Assembly: GCA_038258425.1 (NCBI GenBank)
Contig: JBBSPV010000020.1
Location: forward strand, 663-64,662
Direction of reading: 5' to 3'
Source of the DNA: Solirubrobacterales bacterium
GTDB taxonomy: Bacteria > Actinomycetota > Thermoleophilia > Solirubrobacterales > Solirubrobacteraceae
DNA length: 64,000 bases
The notes beneath the pieces are model-generated. The model was not told the origin of the DNA. It saw nothing but the letters and a program-made list of their open reading frames with translations, and did not search any database. Position numbers and translations under genes: made by a program. Shown here piece by piece: positions 26,520-34,604 of the stretch; position 1 is the first letter of the stretch; every line of letters starts with the position of its first letter.

Positions 26520-27482
26520 ATGCCCTCGAAGACCTGGTTCATGACCGGCACGTCCCGCGGCTTCGGGCGCGAGTGGGCGCTCGCCGCCCTCGAGCGCGGG
26601 GACCGGGTGGCGGCGACCGCCCGTGACGCCGGCAGCCTCGACGACCTCGTCGAGGCTCACGGCGACGCGGTGCTCGCCCTGCCCCTGGACGTGACCGACC
26701 GCGAGGCGGCCTTCGAGGCCGTCCGGCGGGCGCACGACCACTTCGGACGCCTCGACGTCATCGTCAACAACGCCGGCTACGGCCAGTTCGGGATGGTCGA
26801 GGAGATCAGCGAGGAGGAGGCCCGGGCGCAGATCGAGACCAACCTGTTCGGCGCCCTGTGGGTGACCCAGGCGGCGCTGCCGTACCTGCGCGAGCAGGGC
26901 GGCGGGCACCTGCTCCAGGTCTCGTCGATCGGCGGCATCTCCGCCTTCATGGGCGTCGGGATGTACCACGCGTCGAAGTGGGCGCTCGAGGGCATCAGCC
27001 AGTCGCTCGCCCAGGAGGTGGCGGGCTTCGGGATCGCTGTCACGCTGATCGAGCCCGGCGGCTTCTCGACCGACTGGGGCGGGTCGTCCGCGCGGCGCGC
27101 CACCGAGCTGCCCGCCTACGCCGAGGTGCGCGAGGAGTCCGCGCGCCGCCGGGCCGAGCGACAGGCCACTCCCGGCGACCCGGTCGCGTCCCGCGAGGCG
27201 GTGCTGGCGATCGTGGACGCCGAGGAACCGCCGCTGCGCGTGTTCCTCGGCGATGGCCCCTCGCCATCGCGACCGCCGACTACGAGTCCCGGCTCGCGAC
27301 CTGGCGCGAGTGGGAACCGGTCTCGGTCGCCGCCCAGGGCGGGTCCGGCTGAGGCGATCGGCTCGACGCACGCGGTGCACGCCGACCGCCGGACGGCGAC
27401 GGGTCGGACGGCTGACGCCCGCCGTCCCGGTGCGCGACCTACGCTCGCCTCCATGACCGTGACCGCACTGGCGGCCCCGTGA
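26520..27482 (+). CDS. short-chain dehydrogenase/reductase with a 3' frameshift
   Basis: TGTSRGFG, NNAG, and YHASKWA (YxxxK). After VFLGDGP the frame turns Pro/Arg/Ser-rich. The native-looking C-terminus PLAIATADYESRLATWREWEPVSVAAQ lies in another frame and ends at 27352. Confidence 0.7.
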   Translation: MPSKTWFMTGTSRGFGREWALAALERGDRVAATARDAGSLDDLVEAHGDAVLALPLDVTDREAAFEAVRRAHDHFGRLDVIVNNAGYGQFGMVEEISEEEARAQIETNLFGALWVTQAALPYLREQGGGHLLQVSSIGGISAFMGVGMYHASKWALEGISQSLAQEVAGFGIAVTLIEPGGFSTDWGGSSARRATELPAYAEVREESARRRAERQATPGDPVASREAVLAIVDAEEPPLRVFLGDGPSPSRPPTTSPGSRPGASGNRSRSPPRAGPAEAIGSTHAVHADRRTATGRTADARRPGARPTLASMTVTALAAP

Positions 27483-28702
27483 CCGAGACTGCGCTCGGGT
27501 GGGACCACGCGCTGTCGCTGCGCGCGCAGGGCGCGGGCGACGACGAGCTCGCCACGATCCTGGGCGGGGCGCCTCCCGGCGTGCTCGCCGTCACCGGCGG
27601 CTTCCCGAATCCCGGCACGTTCCCCGAGGGGGTCCTCGACGAGATCGCCGGCCGCCTCGTGCGCGACGACCGCGGCGTCGCGCTGCAGTACTCGCCCAGC
27701 GCGGGCGTGCCGAGCGTGCGCGACTACCTCGTCGAGCGCCAGGCGCAGCTGCAGGGCCGCCGGCCGCAGCTCGCCGAGCTGATGGTCACCAGCGGCGGGA
27801 TGGAGTGCCTCGAGCTCGTGAGCCGCAGCCTGCTGGATCCGGGCGACGACGTCGCCGTCGAGGGACCCACCTACCTCGGGGCGATCATGGTCTTCCTGGG
27901 CCACCGGGCGCAGCTGACGGCGGTCGGGACGGATGCGGGCGGCATGCTCGTCGACGACCTCCGCGCGCGCCTGGAGGCCGGCTACCGGCCGAAGTTCGTC
28001 TACACGATCCCCGACTACCAGAACCCCTCGGGCCGCACGCTGGGCCTCGACCGCCGGCGCGCGCTCGTGGAGACCTGCCGCCGCCACGGCGTCGTGATCC
28101 TCGAGGACGTCGCCTACCGCGAGACGGCCTACGACGGCGCGCCCCTGCCCTCGCTGTGGTCGCTGGCCCCCGACGTGGTGATCCAGGCGGGGACCTTCTC
28201 CAAGGTCTTCTTCCCGGGCGTCCGGCTCGGCTGGGCGACGGGCCCCGCCGAGCTCATCCGGGCGCTCGTGGCCGCCAAGCAGACGACGGACCAGTGCGCG
28301 GGGGCGCTCGGGCAGCGCATGGTCGAGGAGTACGGGCGCGCCGGCCACTTCGAGCGCCAGCTCCCGGCGGCGCGCGCCTTCTACGCGTCCCAGTGGACCG
28401 CGACGCGCGCCGCGCTCGACGCCCACCTCGCCGCGCACTGCAGCTGGAGCGAGCCGACGGGCGGCTTCTTCACGTGGCTGACGCTGCCGGAGGGCCTCGA
28501 CACCACGCGGCTGCGCCCGGCGGCCGTCGAAGCCGGCGTGACCTACGTGCCGGGGCGCCCGTTCCACGTCGACGGGGGCGGCGCCCGCGAGCTGCGCTTC
28601 TCCTTCAGCCTCCTGAGCGAGCCGGACCTCGACCTCGCGGTCCGCCGCCTCGCCGGGGTGGTCGAGCGGGCGTTGCAGCCGGCGGCGGGCGGCGTCCCAT
28701 GA
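27479..28702 (+). CDS. PLP-dependent aminotransferase, class I/II (2-aminoadipate/LysN-like)
   Basis: YSPSAGVPSVRDYL, PDYQNPSG, and GTFSKVFFPGVRLGW (Schiff-base Lys). GTG start. Confidence 0.8.
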   Translation: MTETALGWDHALSLRAQGAGDDELATILGGAPPGVLAVTGGFPNPGTFPEGVLDEIAGRLVRDDRGVALQYSPSAGVPSVRDYLVERQAQLQGRRPQLAELMVTSGGMECLELVSRSLLDPGDDVAVEGPTYLGAIMVFLGHRAQLTAVGTDAGGMLVDDLRARLEAGYRPKFVYTIPDYQNPSGRTLGLDRRRALVETCRRHGVVILEDVAYRETAYDGAPLPSLWSLAPDVVIQAGTFSKVFFPGVRLGWATGPAELIRALVAAKQTTDQCAGALGQRMVEEYGRAGHFERQLPAARAFYASQWTATRAALDAHLAAHCSWSEPTGGFFTWLTLPEGLDTTRLRPAAVEAGVTYVPGRPFHVDGGGARELRFSFSLLSEPDLDLAVRRLAGVVERALQPAAGGVP

Positions 28703-29358
28703 CGCCGCTCGAGGCCCGCCTGGCGGCGCTGCAGGTGTCGACGCTCTGCGACGCGGACAAGACGCTGACGCCGCTGGCCCCGCGGATTCGCCGGCTCGCC
28801 GGGCCGGCGCGCATGAGCGGCCGCGCCCGGACGGTCGTCGCCGCCGGCGATCACCTCGCGGTCATGCAGGCGATCGCCGAGGCCGCCGCGGGCGACGTGC
28901 TCGTCGTCGAGACCGACGGCGGCGACCGCGCCGTCGCGGGAGAGCTGTTCGCCACCGAGGCCCGGCGACGCGGGATGGCCGGCCTCGTCGTCGACGGCCT
29001 CTGCCGCGATCTCGCCGGGCTGCGCGCGGTCGGCCTGCCGGTGTGGGCGCGCGGGACCTCCCCCGCGTCCGGCACGGCGGTGCTCGCCCCGCCCGCGCCC
29101 GGCTCCGTGCTCTGTGGCGGCATCCGCGTCACGGACGGCGACCTCGTGCTCGCCGACGACGACGGCGTGCTGATCGCCGGCGAGGCCCGGCTCGCCGCCG
29201 CGGCCGACGCCGCCGAGGCGATCGAGCGCGCGGAAGCCGCCGTGCTCGAGGGGTTGGCGGCGGGCCGCGACCTCGCGTCCTTGACGAACCTCGCCGAGCA
29301 CGTGACGGCCCTGCGGGAGGGCCGCCCGAGCCAGTTGGCGTTCCGGCCGGAGGCCTGA
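28699..29358 (+). CDS. RraA-family protein (RraA / HMG-aldolase-like)
   Basis: GDVLVVETDGGDRAVAGELFATEARRRGMAGLVVDGLCRD. ATGA overlap with the aminotransferase gene. Confidence 0.7.
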   Translation: MTPLEARLAALQVSTLCDADKTLTPLAPRIRRLAGPARMSGRARTVVAAGDHLAVMQAIAEAAAGDVLVVETDGGDRAVAGELFATEARRRGMAGLVVDGLCRDLAGLRAVGLPVWARGTSPASGTAVLAPPAPGSVLCGGIRVTDGDLVLADDDGVLIAGEARLAAAADAAEAIERAEAAVLEGLAAGRDLASLTNLAEHVTALREGRPSQLAFRPEA

Positions 29359-29367
29359 GGCCCGGCC

Positions 29368-29398
29368 GCTGCGGCCCGCCGGATCGGCGGGCCGCAGC
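29368..29398. terminator. strong bidirectional hairpin between convergent genes
   Basis: GCTGCGGCCCGCC-GGATC-GGCGGGCCGCAGC: a perfect 13-bp stem, placed 10 nt after the RraA stop and 13 nt after the protease stop. Confidence 0.6.
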
Positions 29399-29410
29399 GT
29401 GGGCTCGCGC

Positions 29411-31099
29411 CTAACGGCGGCCCGTCACGGCGCGCAGCGCGTTGACGATGCCGTCGCCGTAGAACCCGTTGACGTCCGTGCCGCCGTCGCACGTGGCCGT
29501 GTACTCGTCCGGAAGCCCGGGATAGACCTGCACACGCGGGGTGGGGCAGGCGTGGTCGACCGCCGAGGCCCTGAGCTTGCGCTCGACCCGGGTGGGCGAC
29601 AGCTTCAGGCCGCCGTGGCGACGGTCCCAGTGCCCGTACTCCGCGACGATCAGCGCCGCGACGCCGACCGCGTGGGGCGAGGCCATCGACGTGCCCTGGA
29701 TCCACTGGTAGTAGGCGTTGCCCTGCTTGACCACGCTCGGGGTCGTCGGGTTGCCGTTCTCGTCGATGTCGGGCGTGCCGTCGCCATCACGGTCCTCGAT
29801 GCGGCCCACGGACTCGGGGTACGCGGCCAGCACCTCGTTCTCCGGACGGACGAGGCCCGTGGCCGTGTCGTAGGCGTCGCCGCCCGGCGCGGCCACGTCG
29901 GCCTGCTCGAGCCCGTAGTCGGAGTAGTAGGCCTTGCGTCCGCTGGGCCCGACCGAGGTGACGCCGATCACGCCGTCGGCCTCCGTCGGCTCGCTCAGGC
30001 ACGAGTTGTCGATCTGGCGATCGCGCAGGTTCGCCGGGTCGCCGTTCTCGTCGACCGGGTAGTCCGGCGAGTCGACGTCGACCGTCGGGTTGCCGAGGTC
30101 GGTGTGGCCATTGCCTTCGGCGGCGATGGTCGTCACGCCGCGTTGGCGGGCGTAGTCGATCGCGCGCTGGGTGGCCTCGATGACGAGCGTCTGCTCCCGC
30201 TGCTCGGCCGGCGAGTCCGCCGGATTGGCCCGGCAGTTGTAGAGCCACGGATCGATGTAGTACGACATGTTGACGACGTCGATGCCGTGGTCGCCCGCGT
30301 AGGTCAGGGCGTCGAGGGTCGGGCCGAGGAAGAAGTAGCCCGAGTCCTGGCCGGCGCGGAGGTTGACGAGGTCGACCCTCGGCGCGACGCCGCCGATGCC
30401 CAGCCCGTTCAGCGGCGAGCCGATGGTGGAAGCCACATGGGTGCCGTGCCCGTCCTCGTCGACGTTCGCCGCGTCCTGGCAGGACTGGTCGGGCTCGTCC
30501 GCGCACGGGCCGTCGATCGTCGGGTCGTCGACGGTGAAGTTGCGCGACAGCCGGGCGTCGAAGTTCGGCGCGATGTCCGGGTGGGTCCCGTCGATGCCGG
30601 TGTCGATGACGCCGACCCGCACCCGGTGCGACCCCTGCTGGCGGCGGTAGGAGCCCGTCGGCGTGGCGCCGATGAGCTGCATGTCCCACTGCTTCGGGCT
30701 CAGCGGATCCCCGCCGGCGACCGCGCCCTGGCGACTGCGGCCCTGGCCGCGGGTGTCGGAGACGGCCGGCTTCTCCACCGCGTCCCGGCGAGCCTTGGCC
30801 ACGTCGTTCGGGGCCTTGCCGATGGCGCTGTCGGTCGCGGCGCCGACGATGGCACTCGACCGGGCCACGTCCGACGGGAAGGACGCGTCGTCCGTGCGCA
30901 CCGTGGCGACGCCGATCGCGGTGTTCTCGTCGACGACCTGGCCGCCGGCGTCCCGGATGGCCGCCTCGGCCGCCGCGTGGCTGGCGCCGCGCTCGTAGAG
31001 CACGACGAACTGTCGCGTGCCGCTCGGGGCACCGTCGGCCGCCGTGGCGGCGCCGAACATGCCGCACGCCAGAAGGGCGGCGGCGAGGACCTTGCGCAT
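29411..31099 (-). CDS. secreted S8 (subtilisin-like) serine peptidase with N-terminal propeptide
   Basis: Signal peptide MRKVLAAALLACGMFGAATA. Catalytic triad contexts: VGVIDTGID, HGTHVAST, GTSMASPH. Confidence 0.9.
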   Translation of the reverse strand: MRKVLAAALLACGMFGAATAADGAPSGTRQFVVLYERGASHAAAEAAIRDAGGQVVDENTAIGVATVRTDDASFPSDVARSSAIVGAATDSAIGKAPNDVAKARRDAVEKPAVSDTRGQGRSRQGAVAGGDPLSPKQWDMQLIGATPTGSYRRQQGSHRVRVGVIDTGIDGTHPDIAPNFDARLSRNFTVDDPTIDGPCADEPDQSCQDAANVDEDGHGTHVASTIGSPLNGLGIGGVAPRVDLVNLRAGQDSGYFFLGPTLDALTYAGDHGIDVVNMSYYIDPWLYNCRANPADSPAEQREQTLVIEATQRAIDYARQRGVTTIAAEGNGHTDLGNPTVDVDSPDYPVDENGDPANLRDRQIDNSCLSEPTEADGVIGVTSVGPSGRKAYYSDYGLEQADVAAPGGDAYDTATGLVRPENEVLAAYPESVGRIEDRDGDGTPDIDENGNPTTPSVVKQGNAYYQWIQGTSMASPHAVGVAALIVAEYGHWDRRHGGLKLSPTRVERKLRASAVDHACPTPRVQVYPGLPDEYTATCDGGTDVNGFYGDGIVNALRAVTGRR

Positions 31100-31254
31100 G
31101 GGTGCGTCTCCTTCTCGAGGTCAGGCTGCGGCGACTGCCGGTCGCCGCCGATCCGCACCGCCTGCCCGTCGATAAGGGTGACGTAAACCCGCCCGTCCCG
31201 CACGCCCCCGGCGCCAAGCCCTCCAGGGACTTGGCGCCGACGGCGCCGGAGCCG

Positions 31255-31557
31255 CTAGGAGGCCTCGGCCTCCGCCGGGTCGGGGCGGATGATCACCGTG
31301 TCGACGATCGGCTTGATCTCGTCGGCGGGCATCCCGACGGCCTCGGCGTGCCGGCGCACGGCGTCCTCGTCGCTGCCCTCGTAGATGCACACGGTGCCGA
31401 TGGTGTCGCTGTCGCCCTCGTCGATGACGTAGCTGCGGATCCAGCGGATCTCCTGCGGGAAGTCGCGGTCGGCGGTCTCGATGGAGCGCGCGCCGGCCGC
31501 TTCGAGCTCCGCGACGGACCCCCATCCTCTCCGGCGGCGAATCATGTAGAGCTGCAT
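31255..31557 (-). CDS. DUF4242-like small protein
   Basis: MQLYMIRRR...EIRWIRSYV...TVCIYEGSDEDAVRRHAE is the pattern of the SCO4226/DUF4242 family. Start taken at ATG 31557. Confidence 0.6.
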   Translation of the reverse strand: MQLYMIRRRRGWGSVAELEAAGARSIETADRDFPQEIRWIRSYVIDEGDSDTIGTVCIYEGSDEDAVRRHAEAVGMPADEIKPIVDTVIIRPDPAEAEAS

Positions 31558-31666
31558 GGTCGGACTCCTCTGGCTGACGATGGAAGCGCCGGTCGGGTCC
31601 GGCGCCTGCAAGCCCAGGACGCCGGGCGGCCGGAAACCTTCCCGCGGTCACCGCGCATCGTGGGCC

Positions 31667-32221
31667 TCAGTGGCTCAGGCGCCCGAGGGCCGTCCGGGTG
31701 GTGAGCACCTCGGCGAACTCCCCGTGCAGGCTCGCGAGCGCCGTGCGATGCATCGTGTCGGCGTCGATGACCTCCCCGTCCGGCCCGCGACGGTCGAAGG
31801 TCGCCATCGCGTCGCCCAGCACCCAGGTCTCGAACCCCAGGTTGCCGGCCATGCGGGCCGTGGTCGAGCAGCAGTGGTCTGTGGTGAGCCCGACGAGCGC
31901 CACGGCGTCGACGCAGCGCGCGCGCAGCCGGGCCTGGAGGTCCGTGCCGATGAACGCGCTGTTGACGTGCTTGGTGATCAGCGGCTCGCGCGCCAGCGGG
32001 ACCGCCTCGGGCTTGAACTCGAACCCGGGCGTCCCGGGCACGAACCGCCCGGCCGCTCCGTCGCTGGCGTGGCGCACGTGGAGGACCGGCGCTCCGCGGT
32101 CCCGCCATCCGCCGATCGCGGCGGCGATCGTGGCCTCGGCGCCCGGGTTGTTCCGCGGCCCCCAGGCGGGGTCGTCGAAGGCCCGCTGGACGTCGATGAC
32201 GATGAGCGTCGGGAGGGTCAT
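31667..32221 (-). CDS. isochorismatase-family cysteine hydrolase
   Basis: LIVIDVQRAF, ITKHVNSAF, and LVGLTTDHCCSTTAR (catalytic Cys). Confidence 0.8.
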   Translation of the reverse strand: MTLPTLIVIDVQRAFDDPAWGPRNNPGAEATIAAAIGGWRDRGAPVLHVRHASDGAAGRFVPGTPGFEFKPEAVPLAREPLITKHVNSAFIGTDLQARLRARCVDAVALVGLTTDHCCSTTARMAGNLGFETWVLGDAMATFDRRGPDGEVIDADTMHRTALASLHGEFAEVLTTRTALGRLSH

Positions 32222-32292
32222 GCGCGCCTCATCCTCCCCGAGTCGTGCACCGTGCGTCCCCGGGCGGCTTGCGGACCCCACGGCCGTGGGTG

Positions 32293-33981
32293 ATGATGGC
32301 CGCGACCGGAGACGAGGAGCAGCCGATGACCGTGACGCAGCCCGGCCAGGGCCCGAAAGCCGAGACCGAGCTCCCCGAGCCGCCGGGCGAGCCGCGCCCC
32401 GGCCACGGGTCCGAATCGGTGTTCGTGCTCGGCGAGGGCCTGCTCACGGAGAGCCGCGGCGGCCGCGAGAGCCTGGCGACCGCCGACGGGGAGCCACCCG
32501 AGGCCCGCGCCGCCGCGCTCGGCTCCGCCGCCGGGGCGCCGCCGTTCCGCTTCTCCCGCATGGGCCCGAAGGGCCGGGCGCTGCCGCGCGCGACGCGGGC
32601 GCGGGTGGCCACCGCGATGACCGCCGGCGGCGGCGGGTTCTCGGCGATCCCGGCGGGCTACACGTACCTCGGCCAGTTCGCCGACCACGACATGACCTTC
32701 GACAAGACGACGGTGACGCTCGGCGCCGACGTCTCCCCCGCAGACCTCCTGCAGGGCCGGTCGCCGAGCCTCGACCTGGACTCGCTCTACGGCGCCGGGC
32801 CCGGCGATCCGGGGTCCGAGCGCTTCTACGCGGCCGACGGGCGCAAGCTCAAGCTCGGCACGACCGAGGCCGCCGGCCCGGGCCGGCTGGGCGCCAGGCC
32901 GGGCTTCGACCTCCCGCGCAGCCGCTCGGCCAAGCACGCGACGGTTCCCGATCGCCGCAACGACGAGAACCTCGCCGTCGCCCAGACCCACCTCGCCTTC
33001 GCCCGCTTCCACAACCGCGTGGTCGACGAGCTCGCCACCGTCTCCGCCGCGAAGCGCTTCGCCCGTGCCCGGCGGCTGGTCGTCAAGCACTACCAGTGGA
33101 TGCTGCGCCACGACTACCTGCCGCGGATCTGCGACCCGTCCGTCGTCGACGACGTCTTCACCCACGGACGCAAGGCCTTCGAGGTCGGCGCCTCGCCCAC
33201 GGCGATGCCGACGATGCCGATCGAGTTCTCCGTGGCTGCCTTCCGGCTCGGGCACAGCATGGTCCGGCGCAGCTACAACTGGAACGTCGAGTTCGACGAC
33301 GGCGCCGGCTCGCTCGACCTGCTCTTCGCGTTCTCGGGCACGAGCGGCGACCTCGGCAGCGGCGCCCGGCTGCCGACGACCTGGATCGCCGACTGGCGCC
33401 GGCTCTACGCGTTCAAGCAGCCGGCGCTGAAGGTCCCCGACGCGAAGTTCAACCTGGCCCGGCGGATCGACACGCTGCTCGTCGACCCCCTCGCGGCGCT
33501 GCCCCCCGGCTCCTTCGGCGCGACCCGGCCGCCGTCGCAGCCGCTCGTGGCGAACCTCGCGTTCCGCAACCTCGCGCGCGCCCGGATGGTCCGGCTCGCC
33601 TCGGGCCAGGACATGGTGCGCTTCCTCAAGGGCCGGGGCGTCCGGGTCACGGCTCTCACGAAGCGCCAGCTGCGCGCGGGCGACGGCGCGACGCTGGAGA
33701 AGCTGACCACCGCCCAGCGCGGCGTCTTCCTCGAGCACACGCCGCTGTGGTTCTACGTCCTGCGCGAGGCCGAGCTCAACCACGGCAAGCTCACCGGCGT
33801 CGGCGCCCGGATCGTGGCCGAGACCTTCCACCGCGCCATGGAGGGCAGCCGCGCCTCGATCGTGCGCGAGCCGACGTTCCGGCCCCGCTTCGGGCCCGAC
33901 GACCAGACCTTCGACATGCGCGACCTGCTCTTCTTCGCCTTCGAGGGCAAGCCGGCCCTGCTGAACCCGCTCGGGGACTAG
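32293..33981 (+). CDS. animal-haem-peroxidase-family protein (peroxidase-cyclooxygenase superfamily)
   Basis: YLGQFADHDMTFD, RRNDENLAVAQTHLAFARFHN, and EFSVAAFRLGHSMV. The start is uncertain (GTG 32245, ATG 32293 or 32326). The N-terminal ~100 aa are low complexity. Confidence 0.8.
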   Translation: MMAATGDEEQPMTVTQPGQGPKAETELPEPPGEPRPGHGSESVFVLGEGLLTESRGGRESLATADGEPPEARAAALGSAAGAPPFRFSRMGPKGRALPRATRARVATAMTAGGGGFSAIPAGYTYLGQFADHDMTFDKTTVTLGADVSPADLLQGRSPSLDLDSLYGAGPGDPGSERFYAADGRKLKLGTTEAAGPGRLGARPGFDLPRSRSAKHATVPDRRNDENLAVAQTHLAFARFHNRVVDELATVSAAKRFARARRLVVKHYQWMLRHDYLPRICDPSVVDDVFTHGRKAFEVGASPTAMPTMPIEFSVAAFRLGHSMVRRSYNWNVEFDDGAGSLDLLFAFSGTSGDLGSGARLPTTWIADWRRLYAFKQPALKVPDAKFNLARRIDTLLVDPLAALPPGSFGATRPPSQPLVANLAFRNLARARMVRLASGQDMVRFLKGRGVRVTALTKRQLRAGDGATLEKLTTAQRGVFLEHTPLWFYVLREAELNHGKLTGVGARIVAETFHRAMEGSRASIVREPTFRPRFGPDDQTFDMRDLLFFAFEGKPALLNPLGD

Positions 33982-33985
33982 CGGG

Positions 33986-34594
33986 TCAGGGCTGCGCGGC
34001 CTCGACGATGGGCGGCTGGGGCGCGAACGCGATCGCGGTCACGGTCAGCCGCCGGATGCCCGCCTCCAGGGTCAGCAGCCCCTCCGAGGGCCGGCCGCCG
34101 AGCGGCACGAAGCTCACGTCCACGGTGTGCGCCGACGGCGTGTCGAAGATCGGGAAGCTCACCGACGCGGGGCCCGAGAAGGCCTGGACGCGGAGGTGCC
34201 CGACCCGGCCGGGCCAGGCGGAGCCCGACATCGCGACGCTCAGGACCGAGCGCCGGTCCGGCGACACGGCGAAGGACGCGCGCAGGCCCCGCAGGCCGGC
34301 GGTCGTGCCCAGGTCGGCGGGCGGGTCCCAGGTGATCTCGTCCGCGTCGGCCAGGTAGCCGTCGACGTGGGAGGCGATCAGGTAGGCCTCGGGCGACGCC
34401 TGGTACGGCCGGCGGGGCGTGAGCCGGTAGGACGGGCCGCCGAACACCGTGTTGCCGTCGAAGACGTGGCCGAGGCGGGCCAGCCTCGAGGCGCGCGTGC
34501 TCGCCGTGAGGGGACCGTCGTCGGTGAAGGTGAGGACCTCGCCGCTGTCGAGGTCGGCCACGTGGTGCACCAGGTGCCGGGCCTGCGCCATCAC
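33986..34594 (-). CDS. hypothetical protein
   Basis: 202-aa ORF with native-looking composition and no motif that I recognise. It lies immediately downstream of the NhaA-DsbA gene on the same strand. Confidence 0.45.
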   Translation of the reverse strand: MMAQARHLVHHVADLDSGEVLTFTDDGPLTASTRASRLARLGHVFDGNTVFGGPSYRLTPRRPYQASPEAYLIASHVDGYLADADEITWDPPADLGTTAGLRGLRASFAVSPDRRSVLSVAMSGSAWPGRVGHLRVQAFSGPASVSFPIFDTPSAHTVDVSFVPLGGRPSEGLLTLEAGIRRLTVTAIAFAPQPPIVEAAQP

Positions 34595-34604
34595 CCGCAG
34601 CCTC

